A stretch of DNA of 64,000 nt from an uncultured Lentisphaerota bacterium (GTDB lineage: Bacteria > Verrucomicrobiota > Kiritimatiellia > RFP12 > UBA1067): NCBI GenBank assembly GCA_900320225.1, contig ONRL01000002.1, positions 3,236-67,235 of the forward strand, given 5' to 3'. The position numbers and the translations under genes are program-made. The notes below the pieces were generated by a model. That model made no database searches, was not told the DNA's origin, and worked only from the letters and a program-made list of their open reading frames with translations. This document shows, one piece after another, positions 25,554-33,432 of this stretch (positions are counted from its first letter, which is position 1; every line of letters starts with the position of its first letter).

Positions 25554-26618
25554 ATGAAGATCATCAAGGGTAAGACAAAGCCCAAGGGCCTGCGCATCGT
25601 CGTGTACGGCCCACACGGGCTGGGCAAGACAACTCTTGCCAGCAAACTGCCGGATGCGCTGTTCTTCGACTACGAAAACGGGACGCACGGCATAGATGTG
25701 GCGAAAGTTGACGAATCGGACCTTCCCCGCTCGTATGCGGCGGTAAGGGGTGCGCTCGACGAACTGAAGCGCAACCCGCAGGGGTTCAAGAACCTCGTGA
25801 TCGACTCCGCCGACAAGCTCGAGGAGGCTCTGGACAAGACCTTCTCCGCGGAAAAGGGAATCGAAAGCGTGTTTGCGGTCAACGACTACGGGCGCACGAT
25901 CGCAGGTCACAAGCAGCAGATGGCCGCAATAATCGACAAGGCCGCAGATCTTGCGAATGCAGGAGTGAATGTCATCTGGATAGCCCATGAGACGCCGCGC
26001 AAGGTGGAGGTCCTTGAAGGACAGGGGGCATACGACCACCACGAAATGAAGCTCTCCAAGACGGTCACGCCGCTCTTCATGGAATCGGCTGACGTCGTGA
26101 TCTTCTGTTCCTACAAGACATTCATGGTTGCCGCCAACAAGCAAGCCGGCGAGACAAAAGGACATGTCGAAGGAGGAAAGCGCTGGTGCTGGACGACTCC
26201 GCACAACGAATGGGACGCCAAGCACCGCGCCTGCATCGAGCTTCCCGACGACTGTTCCCTTGACAAAATGGCGGAACTGCTGCCAAAGGCCCTGGCTGCC
26301 GCCACTTCTAGGAGCGAAAGCGTGGCTGTTGTTGAGGCGAAACAAGCAACTGTTTCTGCACCCGCCCCCACCCCTAAGGCGGAAGACTCGCATTCTTCCG
26401 ACAAGCCGGCGCTGGCGGAGCTCAGGCGGCTCCTCGGCAACTACGGCGTGTCGGAGGACCAGATACGCACCTTCGCGGACGCGCAGCCGAAGCTCAAGGG
26501 GCGCTACGGGACGGACTTCTCCTTTGCAACCGCAAGGATGGCAGACTGGCCCGACGAGGCGCTGCAGTGGCTTTCGCGGAACATGGAAAAGATCGCAGCA
26601 AAAATCAAGGACAACTAA
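25554..26618 (+). CDS. Sak4-like / AAA_24 RecA-fold ATPase with a C-terminal extension (354 aa)
   Basis: The N-terminus KPKGLRIVVYGPHGLGKTTLASKLPDALFFDYENG is typical of AAA_24. It is followed by a DUF669 gene, the usual partner. Confidence 0.6.
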   Translation: MKIIKGKTKPKGLRIVVYGPHGLGKTTLASKLPDALFFDYENGTHGIDVAKVDESDLPRSYAAVRGALDELKRNPQGFKNLVIDSADKLEEALDKTFSAEKGIESVFAVNDYGRTIAGHKQQMAAIIDKAADLANAGVNVIWIAHETPRKVEVLEGQGAYDHHEMKLSKTVTPLFMESADVVIFCSYKTFMVAANKQAGETKGHVEGGKRWCWTTPHNEWDAKHRACIELPDDCSLDKMAELLPKALAAATSRSESVAVVEAKQATVSAPAPTPKAEDSHSSDKPALAELRRLLGNYGVSEDQIRTFADAQPKLKGRYGTDFSFATARMADWPDEALQWLSRNMEKIAAKIKDN

Positions 26619-26633
26619 CAAAGGAACAAGGCA

Positions 26634-26901
26634 ATGTCACTCACATCGGAATCAACGCTGACGGCAGATAAAGAGAATCGCCGGAAAAGAGCTATTCAAG
26701 CAGCTATCCGCCGGCAATATAAAGCCGGAGATCAAAGAACAGATAAACCACTTCGAAACGGCGTTCGTCGTTTTGAAGCCAGGTACAGACGAGGTCATCT
26801 GCTACTGCAATACGCAAAAGGATGCAGACATGGTGGCCCTGTCGATAAAAATGTCGAATGACATGGCGATAGGGTTCTTGGTTGACAAAATCGTAAGCTG
26901 A
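26634..26901 (+). CDS. Small gene with a probable frame problem (frame A start, frame +1 body)
   Basis: Frame A (track ORF 26634..26861) becomes Arg-rich after codon ~17. The +1 frame from about 26674 reads plausibly: ...GKELFKQLSAGNIKPEIKEQINHFETAFVVLKPGTDEVICYCNTQKDADMVALSIKMSNDMAIGFLVDKIVS. That frame stops at 26899-26901 but has no start codon of its own. The frames meet at an A4 run (26685-26688). Confidence 0.3.
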
Positions 26902-26915
26902 AAAGGAGTAAGAAC

Positions 26916-27413
26916 ATGGCAAACGAAAACGGTGCAATCGGCTGGGACGACGACGTCTCCGAATCTGAAGTCAAGGGCGGCGGCAAACGCGAAGATTTCG
27001 TGGTTCTGCCGGACGGCGAATATCCCTTCGCCGTCGCGAAGGTAGAGCGCGGAACGTTCGCGGGATCGAAGAAGGTCCCGCCCTGCAACAAGGTGGATGT
27101 AGGGGTTATCATCGACGGCGGCGACAAGGGTCGCTCCTACGTCACCAAGATGTTCCTCATGCACACAACGACGCTTGGGTTCATCTACGAGTTCCTGACC
27201 TCGCTGGGGCTGCACAAGAAAGGCGAGGGGGCGGGCCCTATCCCCTGGGGCAAGGTCCAGAACGGCATGGAGGGCCGCTGCAAGGTCTCCTCCAGGACGT
27301 ACACCACGCGCGACGGCGAGAGCCGCACGTCGAACGAGGTGAAGAAATGGCTCGCGCCGGCTGCTGCATCGGAACAGTCGGGATTGTCCGACGATCTGGA
27401 CGACCTGAAATGA
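26916..27413 (+). CDS. DUF669-family (phage SSB-like) protein (165 aa)
   Basis: RBS AAAAGGAGTAAGAAC precedes the ATG. It sits beside a Sak4-like ATPase and has an acidic C-terminal tail (SDDLDDLK). Confidence 0.55.
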   Translation: MANENGAIGWDDDVSESEVKGGGKREDFVVLPDGEYPFAVAKVERGTFAGSKKVPPCNKVDVGVIIDGGDKGRSYVTKMFLMHTTTLGFIYEFLTSLGLHKKGEGAGPIPWGKVQNGMEGRCKVSSRTYTTRDGESRTSNEVKKWLAPAAASEQSGLSDDLDDLK

Positions 27414-30070
27414 CACTGCGTCCGTATCAGAAAAAGGCCGTCGAGGCAGTGGAGGCGGAGTTCGGCAAACCGGACATCCGCTCCACCCTCATTGTCCTCG
27501 CGACGGGGTGCCACGCCATTGGCGAGAAAGTGCTTCTCGCCAATGGCGACTCGGCAAGCGTAGAGAACGTCCATGCCGGAGATTTTTTGCTCGGCATGGA
27601 CGGAACGCCGCGTCGCGTACTTGCCGTCCATCATGGCCATAAGCCATGCTATGAAATATCGCCAATCAAAGGCAAGCAGTTTGTCGTCACGGAAGACCAC
27701 ATGCTTTCGCTCGTGAAAACATCCATACGCCGAAACGGATTTCCGTCGCAGATTGGCGGCGATGTCGTTGACCTTACGGTAAAAGAATATATCGGCAAAT
27801 CAAAAACGTACAAGCATCAGCACAAGCTCTTTCGTGCGCCGATGATTGCATTCCCCGTGAAGGAGACACCCCTGCCGATACCCCCGTACATTGTCGGCGT
27901 CATGCTTGGGGACGGCGGACTAAAGTACAGCATAAACGTTACCACAGCAGAGCCGGAAGTGCTCGAGGCGTTGAGTTCGTATGCAAGATCGCTTGGCTAT
28001 ACGCTACGACCTGAACCTGCCGGTCTTGCAAATACGTGGATATTTCAGACTGGCGAAATCGGCTGCAACGGATCGCGTTTGCGCGGGATGCTCGCTCGTT
28101 TGGGGCTTTGGGGTTGCGGTAGCGGAGAAAAGCGCATACCGCGACAGTATCTGACGTCTTCAATCAAGGACAGGCTAGAGCTGCTTGCCGGTCTCATTGA
28201 CACAGACGGCTCAAAATCAAGCAATGGAAGTTGTGACTACATAACAAAGTCGCCGCGTCTGGCAGACGACATTTGTTTCGTGTGTAGATCGCTTGGTCTT
28301 GCGGCATACTCAAGCGTCTGCAAAAAATCAATTAAAAGCATTGGGTTCGTTGGTACGTATTACCGGATATCGGTTAGCGGAGACTTGTCTGTGATTCCAA
28401 CGCGAGTGCCTCGCCGCAAGTTTGACGTTAGGCGTCAGAAGAAATCAGTTTTGCGTACAGGTTTTTCAATACGGCCAGTCGGCGTGAAAGAATACTTCGG
28501 CTTTACAGTTGACGGCGACAACCGCTATTTGCTTGACGATTTCACCGTCACGCACAACTGCGGGAAGACCATCATCTTCTCGCACCTCGCCCAGCGCGAA
28601 GTGATGCGGGGCGGACGTGTCCTTATCCTCGCACACCGCGGCGAACTCCTCCAGCAGGCAATCGACAAGCTCTACAAGGCCACTGGGATAGAAGCCGGGC
28701 TTGAGAAGGCCGAGGAGACGAGCGAAGTCTCAAGCTTCGATCTGCCGTATACGGTGGTCGTCGGATCCGTCCAGTCGATGAAATCGCAGAGACGGCTTGA
28801 CCGATTCCGCAGCGACGAGTTTTCGCTTATCGTGATCGACGAGTGCCACCATGCGCTTACCAGCACTTATCGTGCTGTTATAGACCATTTTCCCCATGCG
28901 CGCCTCCTCGGCGTCACCGCCACACCGGACCGCGGCGACCTGCGCGACCTCTCCGAGGTGTTCCAGACGATTTCCTACGAGTATTCGATAGTGGACGCCA
29001 TCCGCGACGGCTACCTGTGCCCGATACAGGCGCAGACAGTGCCTCTAAGGATTGACCTCACCCAGGTCTCCAAGCAGGGCGGCGACTACCAGGCCTCATC
29101 CCTCGGCAATGCGCTCGACCCGTATCTGAGGCAGATTTGCCGCGAAATAAAGGAACGCTGCCATGACAGAAAGACGATTGTTTTTACTCCTCTTATCGCG
29201 ACCTCGCGAAAGATGTTGCAGATTTTTGTGGAAGAGGGCGTACAGGAAGTGCGCGAAGTTAACGGAGAAAGTACAGACCGAGCCGATATCCTTGACTGGT
29301 TCTCTCAGGCTCCGGCAGGCTGCGTACTTCTCAATTCTATGCTTCTCACGGAAGGATATGACGAGCCGTCTGTTGATTGCATTGTTGTTCTTCGGGCAAC
29401 GAAGGTTCGCGCCCTATTTGTCCAGATGGTTGGGCGTGGAACCCGCCTCTCGCCTTCCACCGGAAAGCAGAATCTGCTTCTTCTCGATTTTCTGTGGCTT
29501 ACATCGACGCACGACCTGTGCCGTCCTGCTTGTCTCCTGTCTGACGATCCAGAGGTGTGCGAGACGATAACAAAGAAGCAGGAAAGCAAGGACGGCCAGG
29601 CGGCGCTCGACCTGACGGCGGAAACTCTGGAATCGGCGGAATCCGAGACCGTGAAGAAACGGGAGGACGCGCTGGCGAAGAAGCTCCGCGAACAGGCACA
29701 CAAAAAGGGGAAGCTGATAGACCCGCTTGCCTATGCCTCGATGATCGGCTCCGAAGACCTCACGAAGGCTATTCCGGCATCACTCGACCAGTCGAACCGC
29801 CCCACGATGGAACAGCTGGACCGGCTTGAACGCCTCGGGTTTGCCTGCCCCGGCTCCGCATCCGCCGCCGATGCGTTATTGACAGCCTATCAACAGCGTG
29901 TTGACAGCGGGCTTTCCACCCCGCGCCAGATCAAGTTTCTGTCGTCGCGCGGCTTCCGCAACGTGGAGACGTGGCCCATGCAGGCCGCGCAGAAGCTCAT
30001 CAACCGCTTTGCGGCCTGCGGGTGGAACCGCATTCCCGCCGGAATCAATCCGGAGACCTACACGCCATGA
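27410..30070 (+). CDS. SF2 DEAH-box helicase (ResIII/Helicase_C type) interrupted by an intein (886 aa precursor)
   Basis: The P-loop is split as LATG | intein | CGKT. Other helicase motifs are VIDECHH (motif II), GVTATPDR (III) and TEGYDEPSVDCIVVLRATKVRALFVQMVGRGTR (V-VI). The start MTLRPYQ is ATGA-coupled. Confidence 0.8.
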   Translation: MTLRPYQKKAVEAVEAEFGKPDIRSTLIVLATGCHAIGEKVLLANGDSASVENVHAGDFLLGMDGTPRRVLAVHHGHKPCYEISPIKGKQFVVTEDHMLSLVKTSIRRNGFPSQIGGDVVDLTVKEYIGKSKTYKHQHKLFRAPMIAFPVKETPLPIPPYIVGVMLGDGGLKYSINVTTAEPEVLEALSSYARSLGYTLRPEPAGLANTWIFQTGEIGCNGSRLRGMLARLGLWGCGSGEKRIPRQYLTSSIKDRLELLAGLIDTDGSKSSNGSCDYITKSPRLADDICFVCRSLGLAAYSSVCKKSIKSIGFVGTYYRISVSGDLSVIPTRVPRRKFDVRRQKKSVLRTGFSIRPVGVKEYFGFTVDGDNRYLLDDFTVTHNCGKTIIFSHLAQREVMRGGRVLILAHRGELLQQAIDKLYKATGIEAGLEKAEETSEVSSFDLPYTVVVGSVQSMKSQRRLDRFRSDEFSLIVIDECHHALTSTYRAVIDHFPHARLLGVTATPDRGDLRDLSEVFQTISYEYSIVDAIRDGYLCPIQAQTVPLRIDLTQVSKQGGDYQASSLGNALDPYLRQICREIKERCHDRKTIVFTPLIATSRKMLQIFVEEGVQEVREVNGESTDRADILDWFSQAPAGCVLLNSMLLTEGYDEPSVDCIVVLRATKVRALFVQMVGRGTRLSPSTGKQNLLLLDFLWLTSTHDLCRPACLLSDDPEVCETITKKQESKDGQAALDLTAETLESAESETVKKREDALAKKLREQAHKKGKLIDPLAYASMIGSEDLTKAIPASLDQSNRPTMEQLDRLERLGFACPGSASAADALLTAYQQRVDSGLSTPRQIKFLSSRGFRNVETWPMQAAQKLINRFAACGWNRIPAGINPETYTP
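27509..28558 (+). mobile_element. Intein (350 aa) with a LAGLIDADG homing-endonuclease domain
   Basis: It begins with Cys (CHAIGEKVLLANG) and has block B VTEDHMLSL. The LAGLIDADG motifs are YIVGVMLGDGGL and LELLAGLIDTDGS. It ends ...DDFTVTHN, followed by a +1 Cys (CGKT). Its GC content is lower than that of the exteins. Confidence 0.85.
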
Positions 30071-32307
30071 GCGAATACAGCGACTACGGCATGATCGAGC
30101 AGAAGCTCCGCGAAGGCATGTATGTCGGCAACAGGCACAAGTGCCGCCGCGACGTAGGCCGCATCGCCGGCGGGTGCCTGGCGTCTGGCCGCATTTCCGA
30201 AGAGGAGTCCGTCGCGCTGCGCAAACTTGCCTTGTCGTTGTCGTCCGACGGCGAGCGCCTGGGTGCCCGCGAATGGGACGAGGCTGTAGCCTATGGATGC
30301 CGACAGCCTCTTGAGAAGAGCGCCCCAGTGCCTACTGGCACATCGCATGCCGTCGGCTGGGACGAAGTTGTAAATCCCGACGACTACAGGATAGTGGACC
30401 GCAACTGGCTGGAGCACGAGACCGTGGCGGCCCCGTCCGAATGGAATCCGTGTCGTGAGCTGTCCGAGTACCTTTCGGCGCTGTTCAGGCCGGAGGAACA
30501 TGTCGCGTACCTTACGAATCCGCCGAACATCGGCGGCGAATACCGCTGCGTCGGAGGCGTGTGGTCCAAGACGGTTGCCGAGATACAGAAATCCCTCGCC
30601 AAGGGGACGGACGACGGTTTTGCCGAGGCTGTCGGCACGCCGAACCCCGAATCCGGCGCGTGGATTGTAGTCAATCCCGTTGACGGCCAAGGCCGCAAGG
30701 ACGCAAACATCGTCGCATTCCGTCATGCGCTCATCGAATGCGACACCATTCCCGTCAACGAGCAGGTTGCGATCTACAGGAAGCTTGAGCTGCCGTGTTC
30801 GGTCATCGTGCACTCCGGCGGCAAATCCGCACATGCGATCGTGCGCATCGACGCCGCCGACATTTCCGAATACCGCAAGCGGGTGGACTTCCTGTTCACG
30901 GTCTGCGAACAGAACGGGCTGGCGTTCGACAAGCAGAACCGCAATCCGTCACGTTTTACGCGTATGCCGGGCTTTATCCGCGGCGAAGGCAAGCAATACA
31001 TAATCTCCCGCGCCTGCGGCAAGAAGTCGTGGGAGGAATGGGAGTCGTGGATAAAGGAGCAGAACGACAGCCTCCCAGACTTCGAGACGCTTACGGAAGC
31101 CGAGATCGAGAATCCGCCTGCCCCGTTGCCGGAGCTGGTGGAGGGCATTCTCTCGATCTCATCCAAGATGATAATAGCCGGTCCGTCGAAAGCCGGCAAG
31201 TCGTTCCTGCTCATCGAACTGGCGATCGCCATCGCGGAAGGAGGTCTTTGGGTCGGGCGCCGCTGCCGGCAAGGTCGCGTCCTCTATGTCAACCTGGAGC
31301 TGCACAAGGATTCGTGCACACGCCGCTTCTCGGCAGTCTACAAGGCCCTTTTCCCGACAGGGCGCCACGTCTCGTTCATCGACAGGTGGAACCTCCGCGG
31401 GTGCGCGGAGCCGATGGATACGCTCGCCCCAAAGCTCATCAGGCGCGCAAAGGACCGCGGCTACGCGCTGATAATCGTAGACCCGATATACAAGGTGCTT
31501 ACCGGCGACGAGAACAATGCGCGCGACATGGCCGAGTTCATGCGCTACTTCGACCGCATCGCCTACGAATGCGGCTGCGCCGTCGCGTTCTGCCACCATC
31601 ACTCCAAGGGGTTCCAGGGCGACAAGAACTCGCTCGACCGCGCCTCCGGATCCGGCGTTTTCGTGCGCGACACGGATGCGCTCATCGACATGACTCAGCT
31701 CGACGCGGAGAACGCGCGCGCGCAGCTCCAGAACCGCTACGAGTGCGAGGCGATGCTGGAGGTCGCCCGGCGCGTGGCGATAGACACGTCGTGGGAGCAG
31801 GGCGTGTCGGCCGACGACAAGCTCGTCGCAAATCGGCTGGCTGGGATTCTTCCTGCTTTCTTCTCCGCCGAGGACATGTCGGACATCCTGGCCGCACGAG
31901 ACGCCGCGGCAAAAAGGTGCGAGTCGATTACGGCGTGGCGGCTGTCGTACACGCTCCGCGACTTTGCGACGCCAAAGCCACTCGGCACCTGGTTCCTCCA
32001 CCCATATCACATGCTGGACGAGGAGGACCTGCTCACGGATGCAACGCCACAGGGCGCCCCCGTCCCCAAGTGGCAGGCCGCCAAGAACGCAAAAAAGGCC
32101 GCCTCCGAGAAGCCAGACAAGGCGCGGACCATGGTGAACCTTGTCAAGTTCGACCCCAAGAGGAGCTGGACTACATCCGAACTGGCGTCGCAGCTGGGGG
32201 TGTCGCAACGTCGCATACAGCAGTATTGCAAAACCCTCGGCTGGACGATCGAGAAAGGCACTGTCGTGCCAAAGGAGGAAAACGACGATGAATGCCCCCC
32301 GTTTTAA
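30067..32307 (+). CDS. Primase(-polymerase)-like N-terminal domain fused to an AAA_25/RepA-DnaB-type P-loop domain, with a C-terminal HTH (746 aa)
   Basis: ATGA-coupled start MSEYSDYG. The AEP/prim-pol-like region includes FRHALIECD...VIVHSGGKSAHAIVRI. The P-loop is IIAGPSKAGKSFLLIELAIA, with Walker-B-like ALIIVDPIYK. The C-terminal HTH is WTTSELASQLGVSQRRIQQYCKTLGW. Confidence 0.55.
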   Translation: MSEYSDYGMIEQKLREGMYVGNRHKCRRDVGRIAGGCLASGRISEEESVALRKLALSLSSDGERLGAREWDEAVAYGCRQPLEKSAPVPTGTSHAVGWDEVVNPDDYRIVDRNWLEHETVAAPSEWNPCRELSEYLSALFRPEEHVAYLTNPPNIGGEYRCVGGVWSKTVAEIQKSLAKGTDDGFAEAVGTPNPESGAWIVVNPVDGQGRKDANIVAFRHALIECDTIPVNEQVAIYRKLELPCSVIVHSGGKSAHAIVRIDAADISEYRKRVDFLFTVCEQNGLAFDKQNRNPSRFTRMPGFIRGEGKQYIISRACGKKSWEEWESWIKEQNDSLPDFETLTEAEIENPPAPLPELVEGILSISSKMIIAGPSKAGKSFLLIELAIAIAEGGLWVGRRCRQGRVLYVNLELHKDSCTRRFSAVYKALFPTGRHVSFIDRWNLRGCAEPMDTLAPKLIRRAKDRGYALIIVDPIYKVLTGDENNARDMAEFMRYFDRIAYECGCAVAFCHHHSKGFQGDKNSLDRASGSGVFVRDTDALIDMTQLDAENARAQLQNRYECEAMLEVARRVAIDTSWEQGVSADDKLVANRLAGILPAFFSAEDMSDILAARDAAAKRCESITAWRLSYTLRDFATPKPLGTWFLHPYHMLDEEDLLTDATPQGAPVPKWQAAKNAKKAASEKPDKARTMVNLVKFDPKRSWTTSELASQLGVSQRRIQQYCKTLGWTIEKGTVVPKEENDDECPPF

Positions 32308-32719
32308 CAAGTGCATATCCATGAGGCTGGAGCCGGACATACCCCGGCTCACGCATCAGAACGGCGTCAAGGTTGTTGTGCAGAACGGCAGGCCGCGCGT
32401 ATACAAGACCCCCGCCCTTCGCGACCTTGAGGCAAAATACTGCACCCTTCTCAAGCCCCATGCGCCGCCTTCGCCGCTCGACGGGCCGATATGCCTCCGC
32501 GTCGCATACTATTTCCGCAGCTCCGCGGCTTGCACAACGTGGAAGACAACAAAGCCCGACACGGACAATCTCCTCAAGACACTCAAGGACTGCCTGACGC
32601 ACTGCGGCTTCTGGAAGGACGACGCCCAGGTTTGCAGCGAAAGCGTAGTGAAGTTCTTGTCCGGCGAGGACTGGCACGGAATAGTCGTGAACATTCAACA
32701 GCTGGACGGAACGCCATGA
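32288..32719 (+). CDS. rusA: RusA-family Holliday-junction resolvase (143 aa)
   Basis: The segment KPDTDNLLKTLKDCLTHCGFWKDDAQVCSESVVKF matches the RusA core pattern (KPDxDNllK...D.l...g...DD.qv). Confidence 0.7.
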   Translation: MNAPRFNKCISMRLEPDIPRLTHQNGVKVVVQNGRPRVYKTPALRDLEAKYCTLLKPHAPPSPLDGPICLRVAYYFRSSAACTTWKTTKPDTDNLLKTLKDCLTHCGFWKDDAQVCSESVVKFLSGEDWHGIVVNIQQLDGTP

Positions 32720-32886
32720 TCCCCAAAGAAATGCAATCCTGCCACAACTGCATCCACTACGAGGACGATCCGCAGCCGAAGCCGTACTCTAGTGACTGTA
32801 AGACCCGTCACGCTGCATGGTATCCCCAGCGCGGCTATGGGCCGTGCCCACACTACAGCGAAATACCGCTTACCGACGAAATCTGA
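32716..32886 (+). CDS. Small Cys/His-rich protein (56 aa)
   Basis: ATGA-coupled. Sequence begins MIPKEMQSCHNCIHYEDDPQPKPYSSDCKTRHAAWYPQRGYGPCPHY. Confidence 0.4.
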   Translation: MIPKEMQSCHNCIHYEDDPQPKPYSSDCKTRHAAWYPQRGYGPCPHYSEIPLTDEI

Positions 32887-32899
32887 AAGGAGCCCCGAC

Positions 32900-33046
32900 A
32901 TGGCAGAGACATTGGCACACCTGTGTTTCGAATGCCCGACCCGCGACGAGTGCCGCAGGGCGTTCGGGAGATACTACCTGGACAAGTCGCGCAACGGCCG
33001 CGGCTGCAACCATCCCTACCCGCCGCCCAAGAAGGAGGACAAGTAA
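32900..33046 (+). CDS. Small Cys-rich protein (48 aa)
   Basis: RBS AAAGGAGCCCCGAC precedes the ATG. Sequence begins MAETLAHLCFECPTRDECRRAFGRYY... Confidence 0.4.
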   Translation: MAETLAHLCFECPTRDECRRAFGRYYLDKSRNGRGCNHPYPPPKKEDK

Positions 33047-33047
33047 C

Positions 33048-33218
33048 ATGGCAGATACGATCATAAAGTTCGTGTTCGCCGGCGCGCTGTGTGTCAGCGT
33101 CGTGGTCGTGATGATAGTCGCGGTCTGCGAACTCATAGACTTCACACGCAAGGTCGAGGACCCTATCGGGAGCCTCGCAGATGAAGAGCAGGAGAAGGAG
33201 GACGGCAATGACAACTGA
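33048..33218 (+). CDS. Small membrane protein with an acidic tail (56 aa)
   Basis: One TM helix (FVFAGALCVSVVVVMIVAVC). RBS GAAGGAGGACAAGTAAC. Confidence 0.4.
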   Translation: MADTIIKFVFAGALCVSVVVVMIVAVCELIDFTRKVEDPIGSLADEEQEKEDGNDN

Positions 33219-33432
33219 AGGCATGGTGTCCGAAATGTGCGAGTACGCCGACGGGATCGCAAACCCGATGATAAGCGACCGCATCAAAGAATACGGCGAC
33301 CTCATCCTCGCCGCCGTTGAAGCAGAGCGAAAGGAATGGCAGAAGGAGCGGCTGACTTGGGAGCGGCGCGTGAAGATGGCCGCGAGTGTGGCTAAGGCAA
33401 AAGGCGGCAAAGTTGTGGAGGCGGGGAAATGA
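33208..33432 (+). CDS. Hypothetical protein (74 aa)
   Basis: RBS GGAGAAGGAGGACGGCA precedes the ATG at 33208. Confidence 0.45.
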   Translation: MTTEGMVSEMCEYADGIANPMISDRIKEYGDLILAAVEAERKEWQKERLTWERRVKMAASVAKAKGGKVVEAGK

